Shown piece after piece: positions 1 to 15,035 of a stretch of DNA of 64,000 bases. Below the pieces are notes generated by a model that was given only the letters and a program-made list of their open reading frames with translations, ran no database searches and was not told the DNA's origin. Within the stretch, counting starts at the first letter, position 1. Each line of letters starts with the position of its first letter. Origin of the DNA: Sphagnum compactum (lineage: Eukaryota); assembly GCA_965153455.1 (NCBI GenBank), contig OZ234493.1:22930213-22994212 (forward strand). Direction: 5' to 3'. The translations under genes and the position numbers were made by a program.

Positions 1-2299
1 GATCTGAGTCTACCTCAGAACTGACACGTGAGAAAAAGCGCATGGTCTGTTGCCACCAAAATATTTCTAGGGGAAACCTGCCAAACTCTGCCAGCACGAC
101 GTAACTGGCCCCAAGGGTTGCAAATTGGTTTCCCAAATTCAACGGCATCCTTTTTTCAGCCTTGGGGTCAATACAAGGCTATAAAGTTCAGCATTTATTA
201 GTAACTTGAGGCTGATTGAAAATATTTTTTCTATTTCAACCTTGACTGCTAGTGTAAAGCCCTTGAGGCCAATTTCAACTTTTGCACCAATAGGAATGCT
301 TGATTTAGCTTGAACATTGGCCCTGACTCCTAGTGTAAAGCTCGCCTAAGATTGCATTTATGAAATTTACTTCCATTACTCCTTGCAAGAAATACTGAGC
401 AATTGCATACTGTACCTACCATTGCTATGGGTACTTCTTTGCCAAATATTTATGTATTCTAGAAAACAAGGTTCTGTAGCTTCAAAATGAATTTTCAAAA
501 ATTCAACAATTGAGGAAAAGTATGCAATGTACACCTTTCAGCTGTTATTTCTAATAATAACCCAATGGTTGGGACAATAAGGAAATTGTTAATGAGTTGA
601 GAGTTTAATTCTCAACAATTTCAGCAAATATCGATAAAATTTCTCTCTTTTTTTTGGCAAGACCTCTTGAGAATTATTGCGAGCTGAACATCAATTGTAG
701 GTATGATGCAGAGCTTGGCAACAAAATTACATGAATGTAGTCTATTGTACAGCATGGAAGGTGGTTGCTTCCAAGGCATGTGATAGTGCAAATTCTGGAG
801 CATCAATGGTGAGGATCAAAGAAACAATGGGCGTTGGGCTAGAGAACAGGAGACCCTACATGGTGGCAAAAATAAAATAAAAATAAAATCATGGAATATC
901 ATTTGCTCCACTATTTTTATGTTTCCTTTGAGTTCAATCTTTACAAGTGGTGTGAGATTTATTCTTATTTTGTGAGATGAAAGTACAAAAATGAATCATC
1001 ATCCGAATGGATGATGGGTGAAATTGACTAACAAAATGTAATGTTAGTTGATAGATAAAGCATGACCCCAAGCAATCTATGTTTATGAATGAAATTGATT
1101 TTGATTGATGAATCTAACCTTATTGATTGGAATGAATCAGGTCCAAATACAAGAACTATAATTTTGATGATTGAGAAATGACACAACTAGTTGAGAATTT
1201 TCCTAGTTCACAAATGGATGACTATTCATGGTGTTTCAAGATGAATTTAATTTCATCCATGGAATGTCATCCAAACTTTTATTTCGACCATGAATTCCAC
1301 TACAAGAATATATAAACTTTCATTCATAAACTTGTGTGGATAAATTCCAATCAAATTCATGGACAAATAAAACTTTAGACCATAATCCATGGATGAAATC
1401 AAATTCATCTCAAAACATTGTGAATGTTCATCCAATTGTTTCATTCATCAACAAGGAAAACTTCCATCTATTTGGGTCATTTTTCATTCATCAAAATCAA
1501 TATTCTTGTAGTTGGATATGATTCATACATGGATTTCATCCAATCAATGGGGTTAGTTTTATCCATCAAAATTAATTTTATTCATGGAGATAGATTGTTT
1601 AGGGTCATATTCTATCCATCGACACATATTTTAGTTTGTTAGTCAATCCAATGGTTTTTACAACTAGTTGCATGTAAAATGAACACAATTAAAATGAAAC
1701 AATTGAAAGTATTTTGTGCTTTTGAAACATGTATCAAACAAATACATTGCACAACTACATGTTTATAGTAGTGACAAAAGAGCACTAACCTCACCAAACC
1801 TCTAGAAATTTCCAAAACCCGAATAATGGGCTTAAAACAACGTAACTACCATGTGAGCCCATGAACGTGAATGGCAAACATGTGAACATGAGCTATGAAC
1901 ATGTGAGCTTGGCTTCGTGAACAAAAGAAAATGTTTTATAAAATGTTCTTGCCACGTGGACATAATACTCTTGATGATTCATGAAATTCCTATTGCCACA
2001 TCAGAAAAATATCGTTGCCACATGGAAAATATTCCTATGATGTTGCAATGATAATTCAACACATCACTTATTTGGTCACCTAAGGGTTGTTTTGATCATA
2101 TTATACTTTCATTTCGTCTTATTATATACAATAACTATGGTTAAAGACCTTGTTTCAATAATATTGTAATTAGAATAACGAACAAAAAGTTTGATATTGT
2201 TTACAAATACTTAAAAATAAAATAATATTATATCAAGTATTGGACATGTTTTCAATACATTAAAAAATAAATAAAATCCCAACTCATGGCAAGTACTAG

Positions 2300-4870
2300 A
2301 CCTCCGTAATGAAGACTAAAATCATTTATATTATCTCATGTAATACATCTTTACACATTTTTTTTGTAAATGCTTAGATGTCATTTCTAGGCATGAATCA
2401 CTACTTAGAAGTTATAGCACAATCCAACAAATGACAAACTTCATCACAACTCCAAGTGGGGAAATGAATGAAAATTTCAAACTCCCCACAAAACATGACA
2501 TCTTGCAATTCATAGTACAAGTGTTTGTAAGGCACCCATTTCCCTTGTTGACCCAACAAACTAACAACCATACTCACAAAACCTAAGCAAATACAAGTTC
2601 AAAAATTCTCAATTGTAACTTCATATGGCCTCCTGTTTATAGGAGCACTAGATAAAATGCTGTTGAATTGTCCATATCCAAGGGCAAAAAACCTCCAATG
2701 GTGGGTTGACAATTGTTTATAGAAGATGATGAGCTTCCCCACCGATTGGTATGTTGTTTAGACATTTTAAATGGGATTGTTTATTGAATAGTCTTACCAT
2801 TGGGCATTATAAGCCATGACACTACACTTATAAACAATCGATGTAATTGGAACATAATTTTCCCGCCAAATAGACTTCAAGGCTAGATATATGGACGTTT
2901 CTTAACAACAAAACCTATTTTTGAAAGAGATCTCACCTCATTTTGTGTAAGGTTGGTACCCTCTTGCACATGCCAAATTTTTGGTACAATTGCTCTATCC
3001 ATCACATACCTATGTTTTGACAACCCCCATGCAACAATTCATGTCATCAACAAAAACTAAAAATTGTGGAGCTTAAGAGGTGCACCTAAAAATTAAGACA
3101 ACATATTAGAATAAATTGGAACAAGAACACCAATTGTAATCGGTTTGGAAATTATCCTCAAAGTGTAATATTGTTTAGAGGATTTTTGTAATGCAAAACA
3201 TCGAACATGCAAGGTAGGCATAGATCGTTTTATATGCCATACTCCTCCCCACATGTAATTTCCAAGACCTCAACACCTTTGATAGTGAAAACCATGTGAT
3301 TATGTCAATCAACATTACTGGATGGTTGTTCATGTCATTTCTTGGTATGTGGTTAACACATAGATGAAAATAATGGACCCCATCGTGCTTATGTGAATCA
3401 TCTTCTGATTTTAAAGGCATTTGCTTTCCATTTGCAAGAACCAAATATCTCCTCACCTTCCAAGTGTGGGATTTTTATTGTGAAGGAAGAGTTAGGAACA
3501 TAGATGTGAACTACATATGCAAGTTGTTTCAAGTCACTAGATTAGGTTGTTCAATGCAAAAGAAGCTCACTCATGTTAGGTCCTTGTCTGGAACAACCAC
3601 CTTTCTTGAATTTGTGGTACAATGTTAATTGTTTGAAAGCTCAAACATAATCATTAAATGTTGTAGCATACAAATAAGCTCCGCAATTCCCAAATTGTTG
3701 AAGCTAGATGTTGTGCACCATTCTGACAAATTGCAAATAGGCATGTTCATAAATTATTCCAATGTGAATTTATGTAAACAAGAATAGATGTAGGTCAATT
3801 TCCTTTTCATATGTCTACTACCATAGGGTCCAATATGCAATTTTAAAGTGTGAGAGGGACGTCAAACTCACATGTCTCATAAATCCTCCCCATTGTCTCA
3901 CACAAAAATGCCAAAAACTAGGCCAATTCTCCAACTCTTGAACTTTAACTCCATCAACAACCCAAGGAATACCACCAGCATCTAATGGCTACAAACCAAA
4001 CATTTGTTTCTTCCAATGATATGGCATTCTTGTATACATAGCATAATGTTTTGTGCTACTTTCACATCTTTGGTTTTCTATGTTTTTTTGTGTGTGTGTC
4101 CATCAATGACTCTAATGAAAATAATAGGTTTGCTTTCTATCAACCATAGGTGTACTTAGATCATCAAAGTGACACAATTTGTACCATGTTCTAATTTTGC
4201 TTGGGCACCATCTGCCATGAAATTTGGTTTAAAAACACCTTCTTTGACAATTACCTTGTTCAATTTTCGCCACATAACACTTTGAACTTCTCTGTCTTCT
4301 GATAGCATGTCACACACTACAATTGTCATCATTTTATAGTAAATTGGATCATACATGTGGCAAGTCGGGGCCATCCATCAAACATGCTTGATATGATCAA
4401 ACATGAGCCAACATGTTTCAAGATTGCCCCTAGGTTGCATCCTTTTCACCAAATCACAACCACTACCATCTCCCTCTATAAACATCTTGAAAAGGAACAT
4501 TTTTTCTGCAGACATTTGTTTAGGAAAACTATTATCTTAAATGTAATCATAACACTTTTGAACTTCAAAGCTATAATGTTGTCAATGTATCATTTGCTAT
4601 CTGAATGATGTTTAAACAATGCCACTAAGTTTCTTACGTTGGAAAAACATAATGTCGTGAACTTGTCCATCACTTGGTGTAGTTTGTTGCCTTTCAAAAA
4701 TTCCACTAGACCTCCACCATTTTAATTGAATAAATATTCAGCTAGAGGTTTTGCTTGTTGCCATTATTGTTGTTGACATCTTGGCTGATGGGGTGCGAAA
4801 AACCTCTACATTGAACGAAACTCTAACATGTTCAATGACCTTTCTACACCTCCCCTTTGAAATATGATGT
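2300..4870 (-). mobile_element. Degenerate DNA-transposon coding region, MULE/Mutator-like transposase relic
   Basis: Minus-strand fragment CHMYDPIYYKMMTIVVCDMLSEDREVQSVMWRKLNKVIVKEGVFKPNFMADGAQA resembles a MULE transposase core (acidic residue in FMAD). The flanking sequence looks coding-like but is riddled with stops. Boundaries are approximate. Confidence 0.55.
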
Positions 4871-4891
4871 TCATATGAACCAAGATGAATT

Positions 4892-7857
4892 CACTAATAG
4901 AAAAAAAAACCAAAATGTAACTAATTGATTTGTAATTACATGCAATTAATTGTCGCTTGCAACTAACTTTCATTATTTTTGCAATTAAAAATCACATCAA
5001 ACATTTTTTGTTCACATTTATAATTATGTTGCAACTACTGAGTTTTTCATCCTTCCAATGGGATGACTTTTCATATTATTTTCATCTTAGAAGGTCCTTA
5101 TATGGCCCATTAGTTGCAAAAGTGAGCAAAAAATAATAACTAATACTTATGTAGTCATTATATAATCATTAACCCTTATAACATACATTATATATTCCAC
5201 ATCCATTAAGATATGTATACATGTTATCATAAATTGGTTAAGCATGGTTCGAAAAATTATTAATGCATATTAGTTTCATATTAAGGTATATGAAAGGGTG
5301 GTAAAACATTGATCATCCAAAAAAACATATTTCAAATATATAATTAAAATGAAAATTTTAAAAGTTTACTATAATTAGTTTATTTAATGCACTTACTGTA
5401 ATTTAAAATTTAAATTTTAAAAAATTATTTATTTAAACCTTATAATTAACTATTTATAATAAATCGTTTTCATTTCAATATAAAATTATACACTAATTTT
5501 TAATATGTTAATAATAATAGAAAAAATTATAATAATAACCATAAAATTATTGTAATTCAATTAATTACTTTTATTTTTATTTTTATTTGTAAAATCATTG
5601 TATTTATAGTTTCTATAAAAAATAAAACATACAATTGTAAATGAATAATTTGACTGTTTAAAATTTATATTTTATAATTGAAATCCATATTTCATGTTTT
5701 TACACTAATTATAATTGTAGGAATTACTATAAATTATTATATTTATCATTTATAAATTATTTTACAGTAAATAATTATCATTCCAACATAAAATTTTGAC
5801 ATAATTATTAATTTCTATAGTGCTAAAAATTTAGATTAAATTTTATAAAATATAAAATAGAAATTTATAATCATAATTTGTAATTTATAACTTAAATCAT
5901 TTCATCCATAATTTATAATGTTAAACAATATTTATTTTCTTATAATAATTCAATATAATTAGTATAATGAATGTAATTATTGTAAATTACTATATTTATG
6001 GCTTAAAAGAATTTAATTATAGGAGATAATTATTATCACAACATAAATTTTCAGACTTATTAATAATATTTGTGCAACAGAAAAAAATAATAATAGTAAT
6101 AATATGATGTGGATTGGTTTATTATGATTTAATTTTTATAATATTCTAGTATTAATAAATAAATTAATGTAATATAATTAATTATATAAATTTCGTAATT
6201 TTATAAATGGATGTAGTATTCATTTTTTTATATTTTAAAATTAAAAACCATTATTTTTTATAATTGATAATTACTAATGAATTAATATTTTAATTTCCCA
6301 TTAATTATTTTATGTATTATGTGTTGAAAAGTTATAAGTAATTACTTAATTAGTGAATATTTTAAATTTATTAATAATTTATGTGGATGTTAGTGAATAA
6401 TTAATATTTTATAGATATAATTTAATTTTATTAGTTAATATTTACTTAATTAATTATTTTTGTTATAAATTCAAAAATGATAACAAAAAGTATGGGGAAA
6501 ACTTTTTTGTTGTAACCTAATTTGTAAGTAAGTTGCAAGTTCAAAACTTATCTCATATTGTTTGTTCTCCATTAATTTCCATTTTGAAAAACATATAAAA
6601 AAGGTGTGTAATTTAACACTATCAAATTAAAACATTTGTGCCATTTGGGATCAACAAATGAAAAAGCTTAACCAAAATAAAAATAAAAAATGTTTATGCA
6701 TCATTTTAGCATACCTACCTCCTTAACCTACTTTTTGCCTATCTATTTAAGTGGGTAGGTAAGTAAGTACCTAGTTCAACCTACCCACCTATATGGGTAA
6801 GTCAAACTACGTACCAACCTCTTTAATTTGACCTATCTACCCACTTTTACCTACTTAAATGGTAGTACTTAACCTAGGTAAGTACATGACTCAAAGAGAT
6901 GGGTAGGTACTCAGTACTATTAACTTATCTACCTATTTTGATATCTACCTACCTAAATATTAATTTGGGCTTTGCATTGTTTTGCACTACCAATGACGAT
7001 GATTAAATTCTTTTGTGTGGACATAATACTTTTGTTGTAATCAATTTTTTCTTTTCAAAAAAAAAAGTTTGTAAATTTCACTATATATATATATTTTTTC
7101 CATTAATACTTTTTCACATTTTTTATTTTGGTAGGCAAAATGTCAACAAAAATTTGATTTATTAAAAAAGTTGACAACAAGATGCAAATAGACGAAAGAA
7201 AAAGAACATTGAAAGTGTGTAAGAAAAATAACAAGATATAAATAGACAAAAACATTGAAAGGGCGCAAGATAGACAATAAGAAACGATTCTAAAATGGAA
7301 TTTGATCTATGACAAGTTATAATTTGGAATGACTATGAAATTGTCACAATGACAATCATCAAAATACCCATCCTACATAAACAAGTTTTGATGAAACATT
7401 GTCATTGGAATTTAAATTTATGTCATTGAAAATTAAATCAATGTTCCACATGACAAATCTCTATTGTGCAACATGCCACTATGTAAGACCATGTAAACAT
7501 ATGAATCTAATGGTTTAGATTGGGTTTCCTTTATTATTAATTACAAAAGGAAAATGCATTCAAATGTCACCATGTGTCAATATTAGGGAGCTATAAGTGG
7601 TAAAACATTGGTTGCTATCAAAATAATTGCAAATGGTCACACATATGAAATATTTTATATGTTGGATGAAACCATATGAATAATTTCCATGTGCATCCAT
7701 GGATTGATGATGTTATCATGATGTCACTGCTACTTGTAATTAATTTGTGCATGCAACTAGTTTTAGGTAATTAATTTTTTTTTTAATCATAAAACATCGC
7801 TTACAACTAAAAAGTAGTTACATAGCCTGGTCGCAATTTAAGGTATTTCTTTTAATG
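4892..7857. mobile_element. Non-autonomous CACTA-like element with an extremely AT-rich interior
   Basis: Left end CACTAATAGAAA (4892) and right end TTTCTTTTAATG (7857; reverse complement CATTAAAAGAAA). GTTGCAACTA/TAGTTGC-type subterminal motifs occur near both ends. The 3-bp TSD is not conserved (ATT versus TCA). Confidence 0.5.
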
Positions 7858-8569
7858 TCATTAAACTTTCCATTTCATATTTTTAAAACTTTAAATTATT
7901 GTTAAGATTATTACTTTATATGCAATCATATTTCTCTTTTCTAACATTATAATTCACACAATTATATGATGTATGAATATAATTTTTACATTCAAGATCT
8001 GCAATAATATTATAATACACTACACCCAAAATGTGAATTTCCCCCAAGATCATGAAAATATCTATTTGTTCATAGGTTTGAACATTTTGCACATGGATTA
8101 TCAAGCATTAAAAACTTGTTTGACATGTGGATAAATGAAGTATGAACTTATGAATGAACAAACTTCATATAATTTCCATTTGTAAATCATTGGATGCAAA
8201 GTTTAATTCCACCACATGGGAAAAACTTGAAAATAAAAAATACATTTGAAAATTTTGGTGTCCATGAATTATCACAAGCACAAAAAAAACTAGACAACAA
8301 GATTTCCAAACCACATGAATGAAAACAAACTTAGTTCTAAATCCATGTCATGGAATAAAAAAATCAAAAGTTAAAACAAAAACATGATGTGTGCACAATG
8401 TGAATGCAAAAGGACTTTATTACAAAAATGTGACAAAAATATAACAAGATCATGACAAAGATACATACCCAAAATTGGTGTTGAACAAACTAAAAGTAAA
8501 GAGGAATTTTTTTAATATTTAAACCCATTAAGTAGCTAGCTCAAAAAACAAAAAAAACTTCCAAACTAC

Positions 8570-8860
8570 ATGCGGCCCTGTGCACCCATGTGTGGCCCAT
8601 GTGCACCTACGTGTCGCCCATGTTCACCCATGTGTGAATTATGAAGGAACTAAAACTCAATTAAAAATGAGTTAAGATTCAACTAAAAATGAGCTGAGAA
8701 TTAATTAAAAATTAAATAGAATTGAAATAAAACTTAATTAAAACTTAAGTAATAATGAACTAAAAGTTAATTAGAAATGAATTAAAAGTGAACTAAAATT
8801 TAATTAAAGGTTAACTAAGAATGAATTGAAATTAAATTAAAAGTTAAGTACAAATTCATT
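8570..8860. repeat. Short degenerate tandem repeats (CCCATGTG-type 10-mers, then AACTAAAA/AATTAAAA ~11-mers)
   Basis: Low-complexity tandem units readable directly in the sequence. Confidence 0.6.
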
Positions 8861-10299
8861 ACAAGTCATGGATGAACATTCATATGAATAAACTCCATAA
8901 CATTGACATTGTAATAAGAACAAAAAAAATGTATTTAATGAATACAAGATAGAAAATACAATTCAATTTTTAAAAAATATTATACCTTTGTAGCCCTTGA
9001 TTCCAACTTCAACAAACTAACTTAACACAATGCGAAAGCCAATACTTAGCCCATTAAGGTTCGGACATGCATCCATTAATGTTGTGGTATATTCAATTTT
9101 GAAAGAATGTGTGTTGCTCCAACTTCTAACCAACCCCAACCCATTGTCACCACCAATTTCTTGAATTTCTTTCCTACATATGATGCCTTGAGTCTATGTT
9201 TAAAATCAAATTATCAATCACAACACACAATTCTCAATATCATATTTTCAACATGCACAATATGGTTGCTAGTGGTATTGGTTTTCGTTGTAAATGGCTT
9301 TTTCAAGGTTTTTGGAAAACATAGTTGTTTGCAAATATTAAAAAACAAAAAAATATGTAAAAACTTACCCCATGATTCTATATAAGTAACTAAGGATTGT
9401 AAATGTTTATAGATTGTAGATTGATAATCTCCAAAACTCAACAATATTTTTTCTTTGGGGTCTTACACAATCTTATCAAATCTATTGAAACAATCCACCA
9501 TGACAACTAAACTTTGTTATGTTATTGCTCATGAAAATTAGATACATTTGCATAAAATAATTTCAGAAAGATTTTTTCGAAATAATTTGTTGTTATCAAC
9601 AATTTCAAATTTGGCAAGAGCTAAAACAATTACAATAAAATCAAATTAAAAATGCAAAACATTTATAATATCCATTATTATTATTGACACATCTATGAAG
9701 AAAGAAACAATTGTGTTTGGCTTAATCTCTCTTGATCAAGAGACACAAGTTGTTGTAACAAACCATGCAAAAATAAAAAGAAACAAATTGTTATGATTAG
9801 AAATTCAAAATTAAGTGATTTTAATTTGTAACACTAATGGACCATTTTAAAAATGCAAAAGCAAATGAAACCGTTCCATAGTTTTTGCCTTATAACATGA
9901 AAAACCAACAAATAACAAAAGATTCATTAGTCGAAGGTCTAGCATTTTCTACCGTTCATGGAAGGGGTATGTAACTTAATGTAATTAAATTATTACTTAT
10001 GTAATTACCTATGGGTTTAGTTTGATTACTTGGTGGTTGGATTTCATAATTTAATTATGTTTTGGTCATTACTTCAATTAATGTTCATGACTTTCACATG
10101 ATAATTAATGTGGAAAGTCTTTGTCACATTAATGGTTCCCATGTGATGTGTGGACTTCAAGATTTTTTTTTTCAGTTCATATAAGTGAATGTTTATGACC
10201 TTTGTAAACCCCCTCACTTGATGATAACAAGTTATATGAGTGCAAAGTTTTATGGAATATAATTGTGAAGGGTATTGAAGTTTTACTATTTAAAGGTTT

Positions 10300-13200
10300 T
10301 GACATAGTTTATGGCTTGAGTGACCCAACACCCACTACTGCACCATCTAAAAAATCTCGTTTTGGGATTTCATGTATGGGATGAAAATGTCCCCTAGAGG
10401 TCAGTTTACTTGGTTAATATATATTTTTTCTTTTGTTGTTTCTTTTCCCAACTATATTTTTTTCCCTAACTCAATTTTGTTTTTGGGAACAATTTTATTA
10501 TCATTTTCTTTTAGCCCACCTTTAACCCCAAGTTTTTTTTGGGAAGCTCCCACCTACTCCAACCCACCTATCGCCCTTTATCCTACCAACCCACCTACCT
10601 CCCTCATCATGTTGACCCCCTCCCCACCCACCTCCTTTTGTGTTCACTTCCATTGCTAGAGCTTCCAACCTAAAGAGAGTTTGAGTAGCTTAGAGCTTTA
10701 GGAACGCGAAATCCATAAGAGCTTCAAGGGCTGGGAGCTTCAAGAGTGCCCCAACAAGAGGAGTTTCAACGTGGTGGCATAAGTGGGAGCTTGAAAATAA
10801 ACTCCTTTCTCCTCCTCTTTTTTTGTTTTTTGTTTTGAAGAAGATGACAACGATGTCATTATTGTCCTTTTTTGTCTCTTTTTGCTACTATGAAAAAGAT
10901 GACAACGGTGCCGTTGTCATCTTTTTTTTTTTTACTACGAAGAAATGTTTTTTTCCCAACATAACACCATTCTACTTGGGTTGGGGAAATGATGGTATTA
11001 ACTCCATCAACTTTCCTTCTTGCAATTCCATTTCAACTTGCAACAACAAGATTTATTGTTGTAAAATCAAAGCAAGAGAACTGTAGGCAAAAATCTGATC
11101 AACAACATGGATTAAAATCTTGTCATCTATTTATTTTTTTGTGGTGTGGCGGTCATGTGCTTTGCTTCGGAGATGAAGGCGTTGAAAAATGATAGTGAAC
11201 GTTTTGAGATTTTCCCACCATACCACAGCTATTCCAACAAATTAGGTTAGAAACAACAATAAACAAAAACTTTGTGCTACAAAACCTAAATGAAAACCAA
11301 GACTTCTTGTTGCAAATTATAATATATATATTTTCATTAAGAATAATTTCCCTCGGCCATGTCTAATCATGCCAAATGTTGAAGTTTCGTGGAATGTTTG
11401 TTGATCATTTTCGGTGCATGCACGGAGGACTTTGCAGATATTTCAACCCATCTTGGTATTCAAAGTCCATCATCCCTTACACTCCATATGATCCAACTAT
11501 GTTCCATGCTGCCTTCAAGAACGTGATTGATTTCCACCCATGTTTTTTTTCATCTCATAGACTTTTTGGAGTTTGTCTCTATCTATGTCTTTCTCCATCC
11601 ATGTCATCTAGGATTTGTCACAAGCTTCAAGAACACAAACTTGTTTGTGAAATTCATGGAGAGAATCTAACTAATGTGCCATTTGGAGTGCTTTTGTCTA
11701 AAGGTTTGGATTCCTTTTTAGTGGCTGCAATGGCATCTCAACGACACTGAAGTTGCCAATGTCTAAGGTGCCCAACTTCACATTTTCTCTATTGGTTTCA
11801 AAGTGATGATAGATCTTGATTAGTACCTAAAAACTTTCAGTATGGTTCCTACTCAAGTGTAGTGGTATATAACAAGATAAATGTGTGGATTGAAGGAATG
11901 ATTTTGTGAATTGGTTTTTAAAAAAAATTAGAATTCATTGTGATCATGGAGTAAATTGAAAGTTGGAATTATTTAATTTGGGGGTTTAAATTACTTGAAC
12001 AATATTTTGAATTAAGATCTGGGTGGGTTTTCTACTCTAATTATAACGTTCATTTGATCTATGAGCTATAAAGGAAGTTGCAGATTACTTGAAAATAAAC
12101 CACCATGAATGCCATACTCTTCTTAGCAATTGTTTAAAGTAGCAATTTATCTTTGAGGCAACCACATATTTACCATTACATGTTCCCCATTTTAGGGTGG
12201 GGTTGTTTTGGACTTGGTCATTTTTTGCACATTTTTGTAACACATGTCACCCCTGTTTTTTTATTCAAGGCATTTTACTTTCATTTTTACAACATTTTGT
12301 GTTAATATTTAGAAGTACATTATCACATATTCTTATATGTATGTTTGATGAAATTATCAAAAAATTGATTTTAATCTTGCACTCAAACTAAAAAACCTTT
12401 CTTTACCCCAAAAAATAATAAGTTCAAACCTAGAAGGAAACCAATACCCTCGTGAGGGTATTTTATAAACACCATGGATTGATATTTTGGTCCAAGCTAT
12501 TGGAGGGGTATTACTTGTGCTTAGAATTACTCAATGCACATGCAATACCCCTATTAGGGTATATTAAAATTCCTTTGGCTCCATAACATATCTAAAGTAT
12601 CCTAAAGGGGTATTCCATAGCCATACCAAAACCTAGAAAGAAAGCAATACCTTATTTGGGGTTTTTTTCAAACACCATGGGCTTCTAGAAGGGTATTGCA
12701 TTGCCCAAAAAAAACCTAGAAGGAATGCAATACCCTCATGAAGGTAATTTGTAAACATTATGGATTGAATTATTTTGGTCCAAGCTATTGGAGGGGTATT
12801 TACTTATGCCCAAAATTTCACAATGCATGTGCAATACCTCTCTTAAGGTATATTATAAATTGTTTGGCTTCCATCACATATTTATTGAAATCTGGAAGGG
12901 TATTGGATAGCCATACCAAAATTTAGAAGGAAAACAATACACTATTTGGGGTAATTTGCAAACATCATGTTTAATTATTTTGGTTTGGGCTATCGGAGGG
13001 GTATTACTCATGCCCAAAACTACTCAATTCACATGCACTACCCCTTTAAGGGTATCCCATAAAACCTTTGGGTTCCATAACATATTTTTTGGAATTTGGA
13101 AGGGTATTGCATAACCCTAGCAAAACCTAGAAGGCAAGCAATACCCGAATCATTTTGCGATAATATCATAAACCATGAAATAAAATAATTTTTAAAAATA

Positions 13201-15000
13201 CTTATTCCATGCTCACTATATGATGCTAGCCCATGGTGTTTACTAAATACCCCAAACAAGGTATTGCTTTGCTTGTAGGTTTTGGTAGGGCTATGAAATA
13301 TCCTTCCAAGTTTCAAAAGATATGTTATGGAGCCCAATGTATTTCTGGGATAGCCTAAAAGGGGTATTGTAAGTGTATTGAATAATTTTGGCCATGAACA
13401 ATACCCCCCCCCTCCCCCAAAACGTAGACCCATCCATACACCATGGTGTATAATTATAAAATACCATAATGAAAGTATTAATTTATTTGTAGGTTTTGGT
13501 GTGGTTATGCAATACCCCTCCAAGTGTCAAAAGATATGTTATAAAGTCTAAAGGATTTATGGGATACCCTATAAAGGGTATTACATGTGCATTGATTATT
13601 CCTTGCCATAAAAAATACCCTTTGATAGTCTGGACCAAAATAATTTAGCCCATGGTGTTTATTGAATGCCCCAAACAAGGTATTGCTTTGCTTTTAGTTT
13701 TTAATAGGGCTATGCAATACCCCTCCAAGTTTCAAAAGATATGTTTTGGAACCCAATGTATTTATGGGATACCCTGCAAAGGTTATTGTAGATGTATTGA
13801 ATAGTTTTGGCCATGAACAATACCCTTCCAATAGTAGAAACCCATGGTGTTTAATTATAGAATACAACTAATGAAGGTATTGGTTTCCTTGTTGGTTCTC
13901 ATAGGGTTATGCACTACCCCTCCATATGTCAAAAGATCTGTTATGGAGCCCAATGTATTTATGGGATACCCTAAAAGGGGTATTGCATGTTTAGTGAGTC
14001 TTTCTAGGCATGAACAATACCCCTATAATAACTTGGACCAAAATAATTCAGCCCATGGTGTTAATAGTGTAGCCCAATGAAAGTATTGCATTCCTTCAAA
14101 GTTTTGTTAGGGCTACGCGATACCTCTCAAAGGTTTAGAAAATATGATATGGAGCCCAAACTATTTCAAGGTTACCCAAAATGGGGTATTGCATGTTCAT
14201 TGAGTATTTTGTTTTATGAACTTGAGTACAACATACATTAAATGCATTTAAATTGAACGAAGTTCTATATTGCTTTAATTATCCACTTGGTTTGCAATAC
14301 CCTTGTGGAAAACATTCTCTAAGCAAAACTTGCAATACCCTTATATAAGGTGTGTAAAATATTTTAATCGTCCCCTTATTTATTTGTTTGAGTGAACAAG
14401 ACCAAGCTCAATGCAATACTTTCATTTTATTTTTTCCTCATTGTTGTCAACCGTTGAGGGTCTATTGGAGTGGCAACCATGTAGGTGGGGTTTGGTAGGT
14501 ACTTACTTAAAATGTTGGTAGGTAGGAAGGTGGAAGGACAGGTAGGTAGATAAATAGATGGGGGGGGTGGGTTGGGTAGGTAGGTGGAAATGAAAATAAC
14601 ACATTTTAAATTTATAGGTGAGTAGGTAAATGGGGAAGAATCTATTTTTTATTTAAATATATAGGTGAGTAGGTTGGGATACTAAGGGGGGTAATAGGCG
14701 GGCGGGTGGGAAAAGTTTCAAAAGAAAAATAAAATTGGTGGGTGTGGGAAGAAAATAATGTTCCAAAAAAAAATTGAAATCAGGGGAATTTTTTTTGGGA
14801 AAAGGACAAGGAAAAAATAAAGTTACAATTATTATTTTTGAGATTAAGGCTGATCTTGGTTGAGAAAAGGCAAAGAAAAAAAGTCAACCTAAGATGACAT
14901 AAGGATAAAAAGATAATCCTATCAGTGCACCATCCATCCATGTTGGTGCAATGGTGGGTGCTGGTTCACTTTGGCCATAGTTTACGATTGTGCGAAATCC
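10300..15000. mobile_element. Foldback/long-TIR element of ~4.7 kb containing an internal inverted tandem array
   Basis: Left TATGGCTTGAGTGACCCAACACCCACTACTGCACCA (~10310-10345) matches the reverse complement of 14944-14980 (TATGGCCAAAGTGAACCAGCACCCACCATTGCACCA). The C-rich CCCACCTAC tracts at 10510-10635 mirror the G-rich GTAGGTGG tracts at 14480-14750. Confidence 0.55.
12420..14210. repeat. ~205-bp tandem repeat in two opposed blocks (forward 12420-13145, reverse 13225-14210)
   Basis: AAACCTAGAAGG..CAATACC occurs at ~12426, 12629, 12712, 12919 and 13123. Its reverse complement GGTATTG..CTTGTAGGTTTT occurs at ~13260, 13475, 13679, 13876 and 14082. Confidence 0.85.
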
Positions 15001-15035
15001 ATGGTAGGAGGGTGATGTGACACAATAGTTACACA

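Noticed and set aside
640-860. Possible terminal exon on the minus strand (GLLFSSPTP...HAVQ*)
   Set aside because: No recognisable homology and no upstream exons, so it cannot be supported.
5300-6500. Extremely AT-rich tract as a possible origin, centromere element or organellar insertion
   Set aside because: No genes or regular periodicity. It sits within CACTA-like ends and is better explained as decayed transposon interior.
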